Source: Camelus ferus (Eukaryota). Taken from it: a DNA stretch of 64,000 nucleotides. The position numbers and the translations under genes are program-made. Position 1 is the stretch's first letter; each line of letters begins with the position of its first letter. The stretch lies in assembly GCF_009834535.1 (NCBI RefSeq), contig NC_045698.1, positions 4,838,001-4,902,000 of the forward strand, in the 5' to 3' direction. This document shows, in pieces, positions 51,084-63,554 of this stretch. The notes under the pieces were generated by a model, which had not been told where the DNA came from, did no database searches, and saw only the letters and a list, made by a program, of their open reading frames with translations.

Positions 51084-52799
51084 TATTAGGTACGCGATCG
51101 CTAATTCTTGGACAACTGTACTTGCTCTGGTCCCAAGCTTGTCAAGGTGTTGGGACTACTTAAAGTGAATATAAATCATTAATTTTATGAACACAGTTTA
51201 AATTTTTAAGGAAATTCAACTAAATAAATTTGCAAATGATGAATCATTTAAGGGATTTTAGTGAGGGCAGGATGTGAGCTAGTCCAACAGCAATTATAGT
51301 CATATTATCAGAAGGTGATTGTTTTTATTTTGTCAGTGTTATTAATAGCATAGGTAGATCTACAATTGGAACTTAAAATATGAAGTTTTTTTAAACTTAA
51401 TTTTTAAAATGTATCATCCTTACTCATTTGGATATCACTTTATAACCAAATTACCTATAATTAATCCTCTCTGCACACGATTCTAGCATCTCAAAAATCC
51501 ACACCAATGTAAGGTAGAGTAAGGCATTCGGATTCTTTTGAAGTAAAATCATAAATTATCAGAGGGTTTACAGGGAAACGGCAATTGGATTTAGGTGTTT
51601 TGGGAAGATTCCTCTGGCTGCTGAGTGGAGAATGGATTTGAGGACGGAAGGATAGTTAGCAGACCACTGAAGCATGAAGGCATGGATGACAGTGGCTTAG
51701 ACTGAGTGTGTAATTCCACCAAAAGTGAGTCATAAAGCAAAGACCACGTCCCAAATTTCGGCTTGAGCCACCAGGTGGATGTAAATACTGTTAACAAGAT
51801 GGCAGCCCAAAGGAGGAGCAATTTTGGATGCTTCTGCCTACTGGACACAAATAACAGTTCAGAGGTGGCCCAGGGGGTCCTAAGGGTAGGCTGAGAGTCC
51901 AAAGTGGGCAGCTGTGCTCTGTGAGGCAGCCCAGGGACCAGGCCCCTCCACCTTTCTTACTCTGCCATCCTACGGGGGTTCGGGTGTTTCCTTCTGGGTC
52001 TGTGTTGTAGGAAGGAAAGGGGTGGAGAGCACGCTCCATCACACCTGCCTGAATGTCGTCACCACACGTGGTCACACGACCACAGCTCCCTACAAGGGAA
52101 GCTGGGATGTGTGTCCTTGGGTGGATGTCCATCTGCCCAGCTACAGCCTGGGGGTTTCTCTAACTGGACATTTATATTTAGGGACAATCAACAACTTTTG
52201 TTGCAAGATCTGAATGTAAATGAAGAGCAGACTGTTGGATACACAAAGCTGCAGTTCTGGGAGAGTTTCATGTTGGTGAGAAACAGGTGCTACCTAATGA
52301 TATTGAAGATAGAGGCATTTAATGAGATTAGAGATTATCCATCACATATTCCTTGTTATTTATTTTAGAAACTAATGTTCTTTTCTGGCCATTTTGGAGT
52401 CCTTTGGAAGAAAAGACTGTGCAGGTGTTCTCCACTGATAAACCCACCAGCTTGTGGGCTTTGGCCTTCTGGTGGCAGAGGACAGCCACGCGAGGCAAGG
52501 TGGGCTATGACTGCCCTGCAACCTTTGCCTCCACACCTGGGACACTGCAGCAATAAGTAGACAAAAACATAATAAAGAGACCAAGGGATGTGTAGAGACC
52601 TAGGATTTGGAACAATAGAGCTCACAAAACGCAGTTTGGAGAGAATTGTAATAAAGAACAGTCTTGGGACAGTAACCTCTCGTGTCTCTTACCTCAATCT
52701 GCCTTAGTTCATTCTTTTTGCATAATTATAAGTGATGATGAAACAATAATCTTTTTGCATAATTATAAGGTTAGGTCAAACTAAAATTCTGTCAATGTT

Positions 52800-53290
52800 T
52801 TGTGGTCATTCCATGAGGATAGATGGACACTTTGCCCAAAACTTGGTTTGAGTGTTGGGGCTCAGGATACTCTATTCATCAAGAGAATTTGGGGGAAAGA
52901 TTCAGGCAGGCACACCCGCTGCAGGCTGGCTTAGGCAAGGAGGAAGGAAAGTTTCAACTTAAGGGGCTCCTCGGGGGTGGGACTGGGGAAACGTTGCCAC
53001 GTGCAGGAGGTTTAAATTTCCCACCAGTGCTTAAGGGTGAGGTGCAAATGTGGGGTTTCCTATCCGCCTGTCCATACGTGGGCAAAGGAAGAAAGGTATC
53101 GTGAGCTCTGGAAAGAAGTCATCGGTCACACATCAATGATGGAGACAATCTTTATTACGTGGAAGCTGGTTAGAAATAAGGGCAGGGCGTTATGGTGAAG
53201 AATTATTAGATGATACGCTGCATGATAACGAAGCTCTTGTCTCAGGAGACGTCTCCTCCGTATGGCTTAATTTCAGGGGGAGCATCACGT
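52800..53290 (-). mobile_element. Possible ERV LTR remnant
   Basis: LTR-like motifs (ggaggtttaaatttccc, cttaatttcagggggagcatca). Family not confidently assigned. Confidence 0.35.
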
Positions 53291-55282
53291 CTGAGGAGCA
53301 AGTAGAACAAGGAAACCCAGCTCAGAGCTGGCCTTTAACAGGCTCGGTTAGCCTGGGTAAGTAACTCCCACTCCACTTGCGGGGGCTTCTGTTTCCACAG
53401 CGGTAAACGCTGACGATAAGAGGACGGCTGGCAGGATGGAGTAGGTTGCTATACATGAGGCATTTAGTGTTTGGCACATTTTAGCACTTAATGCGTATCA
53501 TACAGTATTGCTCTTATTAAAGTAATCTCTTTTACATAAAGTCGGTGGTCATCTTTAGACTCTTTCAAGATGTCCTACAGAGTTAAGTAGTTCAAAGCAA
53601 ATACATAAATGAGTTGGCCGAGAATTTTATTAAACTACCTATTTTATTTCCTTTTAGAAAACCTTAGAGAAGGTGGTGGAACTCAATGGATCTCTGCATA
53701 AAATCTAGAAAGGGCCTGGAGGCCCTAACTGGAAAGGGTGCAAGTCCTTGGGAGAAGGGCCTCCTTCTACAATCCAAAGTGAGGCTCACCAGAGGGCTGA
53801 TTTCCATCATAAGCGGCAAGGAGTCACATAGTTTTCATTTGTACTCTGTAATCTCAAAGTAGCAAAACACCCCTTAAAAGGAAGCACTCTGGGGAGCCCA
53901 CAGAGAAAATTAAGCCAGTGATAAGGGAATTCAAATGCCACATGCCAGAGGGAATGTACAAGGAAACATGCCCATAACATATAAAGAAAGGTGCAAGGTC
54001 AGGCAGAACGGCAGGCCCCTGTGGTTCAGAGTCCCTTCCTCGGTGGGACAGGCACGCGAGGGGCAGGGAGTAGGAGGGGTGGCTCTCCCAGAAGGTCCTG
54101 GGGCCGTGGCCCCACTTTCAGGAGGAGAGGGGAGGTGCGGCCCCCGGCAGACCTGGGACAGCCTCACATTCGGTGAGGAGAGTCCCCAGAAGGACGCCCC
54201 AGGCTTCCCTCGGGGGAAGAGCAGGCCCACTGTTCTACATCCAGGATGCTTACAGTCGGCTTCCTTTGGAGTCATAACCATAGAATCTCACCAAGCAATC
54301 TGCCAACAACAGTGGACTTGGATGAAGTTTTGTTTTATATATACATGGAAGAATGTCAAATTATTATTTTCTTAAAAACAAAAACAAGGCCCTCTAATAA
54401 AAAGAACCAAGAAGAAATATGAACACCTGTTGATGAAATGCATGCTAAAGAATTTAGGCATGATGTAAACCAGTGCAAACAACTTCATCATGCACAAAAA
54501 TTAGTGTAGACTGATTGATGGACAGAGGAATAGATAAAGGGATAGACGTGGTGAGGTGGACACATTAAAAATTAGAATTTAAGAGGTGGTTGTATGGGTG
54601 TTTCCTATACAATTCTTTCAACTTGTCTTTATATTTGAGTATTTTCTAAATAAAATTTTAGAGAAAATAGTAAAAACACTTTATATTATAGCTAGACTGA
54701 ATCAAATGTTTAACCCCAGTCAGGTAAGCAGTTCATGATTTCAAGTTTAGGAAACTTGCAAAGAACGATTGTTTCTATTAGAAAATGTGTGTAAATAAAA
54801 GACCAAGCATTAGTCTTTGGACCAGTAGAGAGACTTGTGCTCAGCACCAAGGACAGTGACCAACTCCAAAGATGAATTTGTCTTCAGCCACTAAGGAAGA
54901 GATGGAAACCTGCTGCCTTTACCAAAGAAGACACTCAATCTTTATATCAGATTTTATTTTCAATTCAAGGAAATATTCTAACAGATATTTGTCCAACTTT
55001 CTCATTTGTTATTTACCTGACAGGAACTGTGATTACACATTATCTGAATCCAAAGAACAATAGGACTTGGCTCTAAGGGAGCTTACAGTCAAAAAGAAGA
55101 ATGAATACATATTAATCAAAGACTCAGGTGCCCAAGACCATGCAGGAAACGGGAGATCTGGCTTCACCCTGAAGTATAACTTGGGTGTCACTTTGCAAAG
55201 CTAATTGCCTAAACATCCCTCCACATGCTAACCACAAAATGTACAGGGTGAATCCTCATATCATGTATTGCTGAAAGACATA

Positions 55283-55570
55283 CTTTATATAATAATGTTA
55301 GTAATAATAGCATGTAGTATATATTATACTGAAAATAATATATATCGTACTACATATATAATAATGACTTGTATTACACACTTGTACTATATATAATAAA
55401 ATACATACAATATTAGTATTCAATAATACAGTATAATAATATTATATGTTAACATAAGTATATTATATAGTTATATAATTATCAATATAATAGATAATGT
55501 GTAATATATTATTATGATATTATTGTTGTATATGTCTAATAAATATAAAAATACTTCTATTTTAGATACG
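55283..55570. repeat. AT-rich low-complexity (TA/TAA) region
   Basis: Dense tatataataat/tattatat motifs. Confidence 0.85.
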
Positions 55571-56224
55571 TAAGCTTAACAAATAGTTAAATATAAACTT
55601 TTTTTAAACCATTAATTTAATTATAAATCTTCAGATGTTTCCTGTCATTTTGGTTCGTTCTTCTATGATGCTAAAAATTCACTTGGGCACTTCTCATGTA
55701 ATGATATGAAAATTAAATGATGTGATTTGAATGAAGAAGACTTGAAGTTCAGACCAGGATTTAGAGCTAACAATTTGGAGAATTAGGAGGATGTGAAATT
55801 CTTGTTAAGTTCCTGAAAACAATATTTTTCTTTACCATCCCTAAGATAAATGTTTTGCTAAATTATTGGGAAGTAGACTTGTTTTTAATTTAAGTGAAGT
55901 TGTACTGCTATTTTTTGTATATATAATACATATATAATTGACTTTTTCCCTTTAGATTGTCTTTGAGAGAGCTCCTGCCTTCTGAGCTTAACAGAAAGGA
56001 GCAGCCAAAATTTATTCTATTAGGAAAGAGGAAAAGAACAACAAAGTAAATGAATTACCTTCTTTAGTTGGCTGGAAGGTCACTGTGTCCCGCTTTGATA
56101 TTCCCTTAATGTTTAATTCGTTTGGATGCCAAGCAAAATCAGGCTGAAACTCTTCATCAACAAGATCCAAGCCAGCGTGGTGGGCCAAACAGGATGGTTA
56201 AAATTAAATCTGAGTAGGAGAACA

Positions 56225-56582
56225 TTTCATGGTTGCCAGGGGACAGGGACGCGGTGGGGGTGGGTGCAGAGAGAGTGCCTTCATGGTGGCAGAACAGTCC
56301 TGCATCTTGGCTGTGGTGGGGTCACCTGTGGGATCAGACTGCACAAAACTGCGTGTGTGCAGACACACACACACATGCACACACACACACAAGTGCGTGC
56401 AGACACTGGTGGGAACTGAATACAGTCTGCAGTCTAGTTAACAGGATTATACCAAAGTCATTTTCCTGGTTTTAATGTTTTCTTACGTTCATATGAGATA
56501 TCACTGTTGGTTCATGAGTCTCTACCTACTGTTTTTGTAACTGCCTGTGAGTTTATACTTATTTCAAAAGAAATGTTTAAAA
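56225..56582 (+). mobile_element. Old L1 3' end (L1MC/MD-like) with CA tract
   Basis: ggttgccagggga...agaacagtcctgcatcttggctgtggtgg...ttataccaaagtcattttcctggttttaatg...ctgtgagtttatacttatttcaaaagaaatgtttaaaa. Confidence 0.7.
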
Positions 56583-56934
56583 GCTAATATTCAAAGAAGG
56601 TAATGGTATTGAACCCTACCAAATGCTACTTTTAATGAGAGAACACCAGCCTTCCATCCAATTAAAAAAATACGACAATGGAACTTGCTGTCTGTCTGGT
56701 GAAAATGATTATGAACAGGAGAAGCGTAAATGCTTAAGCTCATTTATTTTCTTCTTTAGTTGTTTAGATCTTACTTATTTTAGTTTTTTATTGCTCAGGT
56801 TATTAGTAGCTTAATTAAATATGCTATTTTAAAACAGAGTTGACAATTCAATAGAATCTTCATGGGCTATGGAGGTTTACAAATAATATTTAAAACAGTA
56901 AGAAATAGATTTTATAGCAACCGTATAAAATATT

Positions 56935-57419
56935 CTTTTTTAATTTTAATTTTCACTGAGGTATAGTTGATTTACAGTGTTTCAGGTGTACAGCAAAGTG
57001 ATTCAGGTATACATATATGTATATACATATTAATATGTATTCTTTTTCATATTATTTTCCATTACAGGTTATTACAAGATATTGAATGTAGTTCCCTGTG
57101 CTCTACAGTAGAACCTTGTTGTTTATTTTGTATATAGTAGTTTGTGTCTGCTAATCCCAAACTCCTTATTTATCCCTCCCCCTCTTTCCCATTTGGTAAC
57201 CGTAAGTTTGTTTTCTATGTCTGTGAGTTTCTTTCTGGTTTGTAAATAAGTTCATTTGTGCCATTTTTTTTTAGATTCCATATATAAGGGATACCATATG
57301 ATATTTCTCTTTCTCTGTTGACTTACTTCACTTAGTATAACAATTTCTAGGTCTATCCATGTTGCTGCAAATGGCATTATTTCATTCTTTTTATGGCTGA
57401 GTAATATTCCACTCTGTGT

Positions 57420-57460
<41 letters not shown>

Positions 57461-57615
57461 CTATATATACAGTATATATATATGGTACATATATAGATAG
57501 ATAGATAGATATCAGTAATATTCCATTGTATATTTGTATATATATACACTCACCACAACTTTGTGCATTCATCTGCTGATGGACATTCAGGTTGCTTCCG
57601 TGTCTTGGCTATTCT
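56935..57615 (-). mobile_element. L1 3' end (cetartiodactyl type) with TG/TA/TAGA microsatellites
   Basis: ORF2 end [25 protein letters not shown] on the minus strand, full 3'UTR and T-rich tail. Confidence 0.9.
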
Positions 57616-60299
57616 AAGAATAGCAAGACAATCTCGACATTCAATTCTCTAATGGAAATAGAACTCTCAGGGTGAAACTCCTTGTCCATCATTGTTTACA
57701 AGCACCTTGAACAACCTTCGCCTGCTAGGTGGTGCATGCCTCAGGGTAAGGAGACTCAAGCTGTGCTCTCGTTTTGCTCTCCAGCCGCTGGCGCAGGACC
57801 ATGCACAGGAGGCAGGCTCTGTGTGGCACCTTCGCTGACTTGCTCACGTAAACCCTGTGTTACTAGCAGGCCTAACAGAACCGTGCTCCTTGGGCAGCTG
57901 GGAACCCTTCCTTGCTTGTAAAAGGGGTACAGAAAAGAGACTTTCTTGACTGCTCAGAGGGGTGATGGTGTTAGAAATTTCCAATTTTTAGCAGACACTA
58001 AAAGTGACTTCTGCCAGCAGTAAGTTTTATAAACAGAACAGCAAAGGTGACCTGGCTCTCCAGGCACAGAAAGCAAAGATTCTGTGTCATGAGGGCCTGA
58101 CCTTACTTCTGTGTTTTCCACTTGAATCTTTTTTCTGAAGCTTATTTACTGCCCGCAAGTGAATGCTGTCTGACTTACATTTAAACACGTAAACGTAAAA
58201 AAATTTCATCTGATCTCTTGGCGACTGTAGAGAAGAAAGCAACCCCCCTTCTTCCCTATTTGAGTCCTGAGAAGTCAAGGTGGACGTGTCTGCAAGGGGT
58301 CTGTGGAGCTACGAGTCCCTGAGAGGACGGCGCCTGTCCATGGGGGATGGGAAAACGGGAGGAACCTTCCCGCAGGACCCCCTTCCAGCCGTCCTGTTGG
58401 ACTAGATTTTCAGATCTCACCTCTGCGGTCAGCCATTCTCTCTGGCAAGACTGACACGCTGATTCTTCCTTGGAACAAGGGCTACTTTCAGGGACCAAAG
58501 CTCTTCCACTACCTCTGAGTTGGATCTGAGGGGGAGGAGGGCCTGTCTGAGTCTTGACCCCAAAAGAAACAATTAAAAACACCCCAAACAGCCACAAAGC
58601 AACCATCCACGTTTACCCCCAAGATAATAACAAGATGGTCCTGCAAAGAAATGTTGCCATCAGAACAGAAGCAGAATTTGTACCTTGTTCCTGAAGCTTT
58701 CTTGCATTAAATATCTATGGAATTATGTTCTGTGAGAGTGATTAGCTTGCCTGCTTTCAGCACTGGGGTGTTCAAAACGAGATGGAGACACAGGGCAATG
58801 GATGCTCAGACCTGCTGAGCTGCAGGTAGGAACATCTTCCTCTCTGGCCACAGAAACTTCAAGGACTGAGACCTGGACCATCCCCACTATTCCAGAGTGG
58901 ACAGGGGTAAAGAGTTTCAGAAGAGAACTAAAATCAGAGCAATGGGCCACTACGACCTGCCCTTTGCTGGTCACTTGTCATTATATTGGCAGGTTCACCG
59001 AGTCAGATAAGGCACAGCGAGGTCAAGGTGGGCCTGGAGGGTTCACTGTGGGGAGGGCTCAGCCACTGAGATGCACGTGCCTGGGGAGTCCTCAGGGTGA
59101 TCGCGCTAACGGGGACAGCTGCCAGCTGAGGCAAGTGTGCAGGGCTGAGCAGGATCCCAGGGGAGGGAGCACTGGCCAGGGAAACTGGAAGGGTCCCAAC
59201 CAGAGTGGGCTGAGGGGCAGAGGCAGGTGCTAGAAGGGAACTTGAAAGCTGAGCAGGAAGCTGGGGCTGAAGATGGGTCCCTGCAGACGTGACTGACAGT
59301 TCAGAGATGCTCTTGATTCATGTAATGAAGTTCTGGTGCTGGACCAGCCAGACCAGGTCTCCCACATCATGGACCTTACAGTCTAGGGTCTGACAAATAC
59401 ATCCACAGGGTAGCAGCAGCAGATGCCCATGCGGTGGTGAAAGAGAACAATGCATAGGTGAGGCAGGTGCCCCAGGGCAATCACTTCAGCCAGGGCAGGT
59501 AGGGGAGCTTTCTGAGAAGGGGCCAGGGAGATGCTGGAGAGCTGGGACAGAACATGTGGGGAGGGAGAGGAGCCGGAGGCAAAGGTGGGAGACGAGAAAG
59601 CCTGTGGCACTTTTGAGAAGCAGTGAGGATGCCTGTGTGCCTGGATGTTGAAGGTCAGCTGTGACACAGGTAAGCCTTAGGACCCAAATCATTTTTTTCC
59701 CTTTAGTTTCAAGTTTGGGGTATTTACGGAATCAGGTTATATTCATCCCTGTGTGTGGTGCTGTAGGTATTTGGGATTCGGCTTTTGGGTTCTAATACGT
59801 CTTTGTTCTGTAGGTACAGAGGAAGAGAGATTCTACAATGCAATTTCAAGTCTCTACCTTAATTTGTAAGTTTATCCTTATGGTAAACCTCCAGTATCTT
59901 TATTTAAAAGAAATACATACAAGCAAAAATCTTTTCACTTTATCTCTGGCATCTTTTTTGCAAGGTAAGTTTTTTTTTTAAATCAAGTGATTATTTGGGG
60001 GGACAATAGTTAATAATGTCTCCCTAGTCCCAACTCGGTGCAGGACACCTAACACAGAGAGCAACAGGAGAGAAGAGACAGCACTGCCTGGGCCAGAATT
60101 TCCTCCTCCCTGTCATGCCCTTATGCCACAGAAGACCAAATACCACCCCGATACCCAGACCTCAAACTGAAGCTCAGGAGCAAAAATCAAAATCTGTTCT
60201 GCATCTGATAGGAAGTAAGTCAAATCGCTAACATCACATCAGAGCAAGGAGAAAATGCTGGCTCAGCTGTTAAACCCTGAGCCGGATAAAGAGAATTCT

Positions 60300-61150
60300 G
60301 CAGGATGTCTACAATCACAGCTCATCCAAAAATGTACCAGAAAGAAGCACACCTCGTAAATGACAGGCTAAGAAGGCAAAGGAAAACAAAATTCAAGAAG
60401 CACAAGGGAATCTGTCACAAATGTGTCATGCTGTGTGACAAGTTAATGAGACACGCATTCAAGGAAATACTAGCTCAGAGACAATGTGAATAAACAAGCG
60501 GATGAGATGAAAAGGGAGATGGCATGCCCAAGGAAACACGTTTGAAGAACAAAATATTCTTACTGAATTAATAGATAAAACAGAAACAGCGAGAAAGAGC
60601 ACGGGACCTACACTAAAGTCAAATCATCCACTAAGGAGATTTCAGATGATCAGAGATGATCTAAGCGCAGATAATTATGATATATATTTTATTATAATCA
60701 GAGAAGCTAGTAAGATAAGGAAAACAGACTAGAATGACATGATGTGCTTGCTGGCCATTAGGATGAAATCACAATACACTTCAAAGGTACGTGAAAAATC
60801 CCTGAGTTTGTAAAAGAACCAAATCTACGGTTAGAAAATCACACTGAGTTCACGAAGACTGAAATGCAATCTCCAACACCAGGACAACGCTGAGGAGAAG
60901 CTGAAGGACAAGGACAAAGGACAGGAGGACCAGCTAACCTCAGGAAGAAAGCCTCGGTGGTCCCTGACTACTGACTGCAGCGCAAGGTGTGACACCCGCA
61001 AAGCGCCCAAGAGACAAAATAAAGCAAGAACACTGTTGTCTGCTGAATCGTCACTGATGGGTAAGACATTTAGGCACGAAAGCGCTTAGGAGATACAATC
61101 CCCAAAATCCCTTCCTGAGCAAAAAACAAAAACCCAAAACAAAAACCCAA
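60300..61150 (+). mobile_element. Highly degraded HAL1 or L1 ORF1-like remnant
   Basis: A-rich purine bias with motifs such as gaaaaatccctgagtttg...aaagaaccaaatctacggttagaaaatcacactgag...caacaccaggaca. Confidence 0.4.
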
Positions 61151-61244
61151 CCACTAAATGATGAAATCTATGCAGTCGTCCCACGGATTTCACAAACATC
61201 CTCCCATTGAACCTTCATGTTTATTTTATGACGGGGCGTGGCTT

Positions 61245-61875
61245 GCTATTTAGTTATTTATGACCGTATAACAGATACCCCAAAGCTCAGTGGCTTAAAA
61301 CAATACACATTTATTATCTCACCGTTTCTGTGGACCAGGAATTTGGGAGTGGCTGAGCTGGATGATTCTGGCTCAGAGTCTCCAGTGAAAAATTACAGTC
61401 AAAATGTGGGTGGGAGCTGCAATCATATGAAGTATCTTTTTTGTATTTAAAGTTTTTATTTATTTTTTCTTCCTTATTACATTGGCCCCCAACGCAATGT
61501 TGAATAGAAATGATGATAGTGGATATTTTGGTTTTGTTCCATTATTCAAGCATATGAAGATTTGACTTAGGCTGGAAGAGTCATTTCTGAGACGATCCAC
61601 CCCCAGAGCAGTTGTGGTTCACCGTCAGCTCCCCCTCGCTGGACTGCCCCGCGAGGCTCCTTGAGTGTCCCTGCAACATGGCGGCGGGCTTCCCCAGGTG
61701 GGTCCTTCAAGGAGGAGACCAAAGAGTAAACTGCCTTTTGTGACCGAGTCTCAGAAACCACACAACACCATGCAGACCACGTTACTGAGTCCAGTCCACG
61801 CTCCCTCAGGGGGCAACAGGCTCCAGTTGTAGAAGGGAGAACTGCTGAAGACTTTGTAGACATATTTCACAATAA
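61245..61875 (-). mobile_element. MLT1 (MaLR) LTR interrupted by a 115-bp L1 fragment (61433-61547)
   Basis: ccccaaagctcagtggcttaaaacaatacacatttattatctcaccgtttctgtgg...ccttgagtgtccctgcaacatggcggc...gccttttgtgaccgagtctcagaa...gaagactttgtagacatattt. Confidence 0.85.
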
Positions 61876-63240
61876 ACGCCAGGTACTATTTTCAGTACAC
61901 GGGTTTGGCAACAGAAGCTCAGAGCATTTGCTCTATTTGACTCCAATCAAATGGTGGCATTAGAACTTTTTGCTTCCGGCTTCTACTTTCTGTCTTCACG
62001 CCCCCTCCCTGCCCCCAGCATGCTGAACATTCTTATTCAAGGCATAACATTCTTTTTTCTGTTGCAATCTGGTATTTATCCTCTCAATCACTTTTAGAGA
62101 AAGGTTTTTTTAAACACAATTTCTCCTTAAAACATTGCTGTGGCATTAGAGTTTTCTACTCTAAGGCAAATAGAAAAACAGTTTGTCCCAAATTTGTCAT
62201 TTAAATTTTTTTCAACTATTTTAGAAATTTTCTTCCCCAGGGATAAAAGCTTTTTCCATTTCCCCCTCTTCTCTGACCCTTCCAGGTTAGCTTTTAAGAA
62301 GATTATGATATCAAAGAATCATTCTTATTGCCAGAGATATCTGAGTTTCTTTTTGGAAGAATTTTAATAAAGTTTCTGTTTGATGCAGGCAGGCTGAAGA
62401 TTCATTGTTTATACTAGAGAGAAAGCAGAAGTAGGATGCAAAGAAAGAAGAATTAGAATGTTCAGCTACAATCTGGACATTTCTCACTTGGAAGAGATCT
62501 TAATTGACATGAAAATAATGCCACAGAAAAATTCCAGACCTGAGGCTGGAGAATCTCTCCAAGGTCCCGTCTTTCCTCAGTTCAGCTTGAATGGTGTCAC
62601 TTTCTTTTGACAGAGGAGGGCGTTTGGGCAGAGACTTGAAGGCTCTTCCGACTGCGTGCCTGCCTGCACCCCGCTTCGCCCCGGCTCTGTGAGGGCTGCA
62701 GTTTTTCTCATGCTCTGTCTTCAACACGTGAAGGGAGAGGAAGATGATCTCTACTATTTCCTAGGTTTATTTCACTTGTTTCAAAGTCTCAGTCTGGAGG
62801 CATTCTCTAGCTCCTAATCTTGTCTAAATCCACGTCTATTTACAAAATCTCCACGGTTTATCTAAGACTCCAATCCCCATTCTCCATTCTGTTAGTGTTG
62901 TTTTGGTGGCTCCGTAGTGATAAAAAGTGAGAAAAGACTCGTCTCTCTAAGGACCCCTTTTTATTCCAGCAGCAACAGACTTTCGTCACTTATCTCCACT
63001 TTCCTTGGCTTTGGTGACTCAGCAAATACGCAAGAACTTGGGGAACATGAGGCATTTCAGAGAGTGTGGAGTTAGCTCAGAGATGCGTACCAGTGCCGGT
63101 CCAAGTCTTCCAGGTTCTGGGTTCTTCTTTCCCCTCTTTTAGTTCATGTAGCATAAATTTCCAGACACTTCTTTCTGACTGCATCTAAAAATGACAAACA
63201 TTGTCTTCCAACTGACATCCCTGTAAAGGATGTTCTTGAG

Positions 63241-63295
<55 letters not shown>
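63241..63295. repeat. Compound (TA)n(TG)n(TA)n microsatellite
   Basis: Read directly. Confidence 0.95.
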
Positions 63296-63554
63296 GTCTC
63301 AGATATGCCAGATCCACTGTGATGAATCTGCATTTTAGCAGAAGGATGCTAGCAGTTGTTTGTGACTTTTTTGTGGTAAGAGGATATTAGCAGGTCACAT
63401 ACATATTCAATGAATCAGTTGCTGAAAATATACTTAAGACTGCATGGCATTTCCTTTTTTCCAGTCAGGAAGAAGTGATGTCTAGTTTTGTTTTCGTTGC
63501 TCTCAGAATGTAATGGCAGCAATGGATAGACAAGAGAAACTGAAGTTTTAATGA

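Noticed and set aside
53931..54375. 146-aa and 116-aa overlapping ORFs
   Set aside because: GC-rich stretch among old L1 remnants; low-complexity G/P/R content and no family match.
58802..59233. 143-aa ORF
   Set aside because: No recognisable homology; it overlaps probable old LTR-like sequence.
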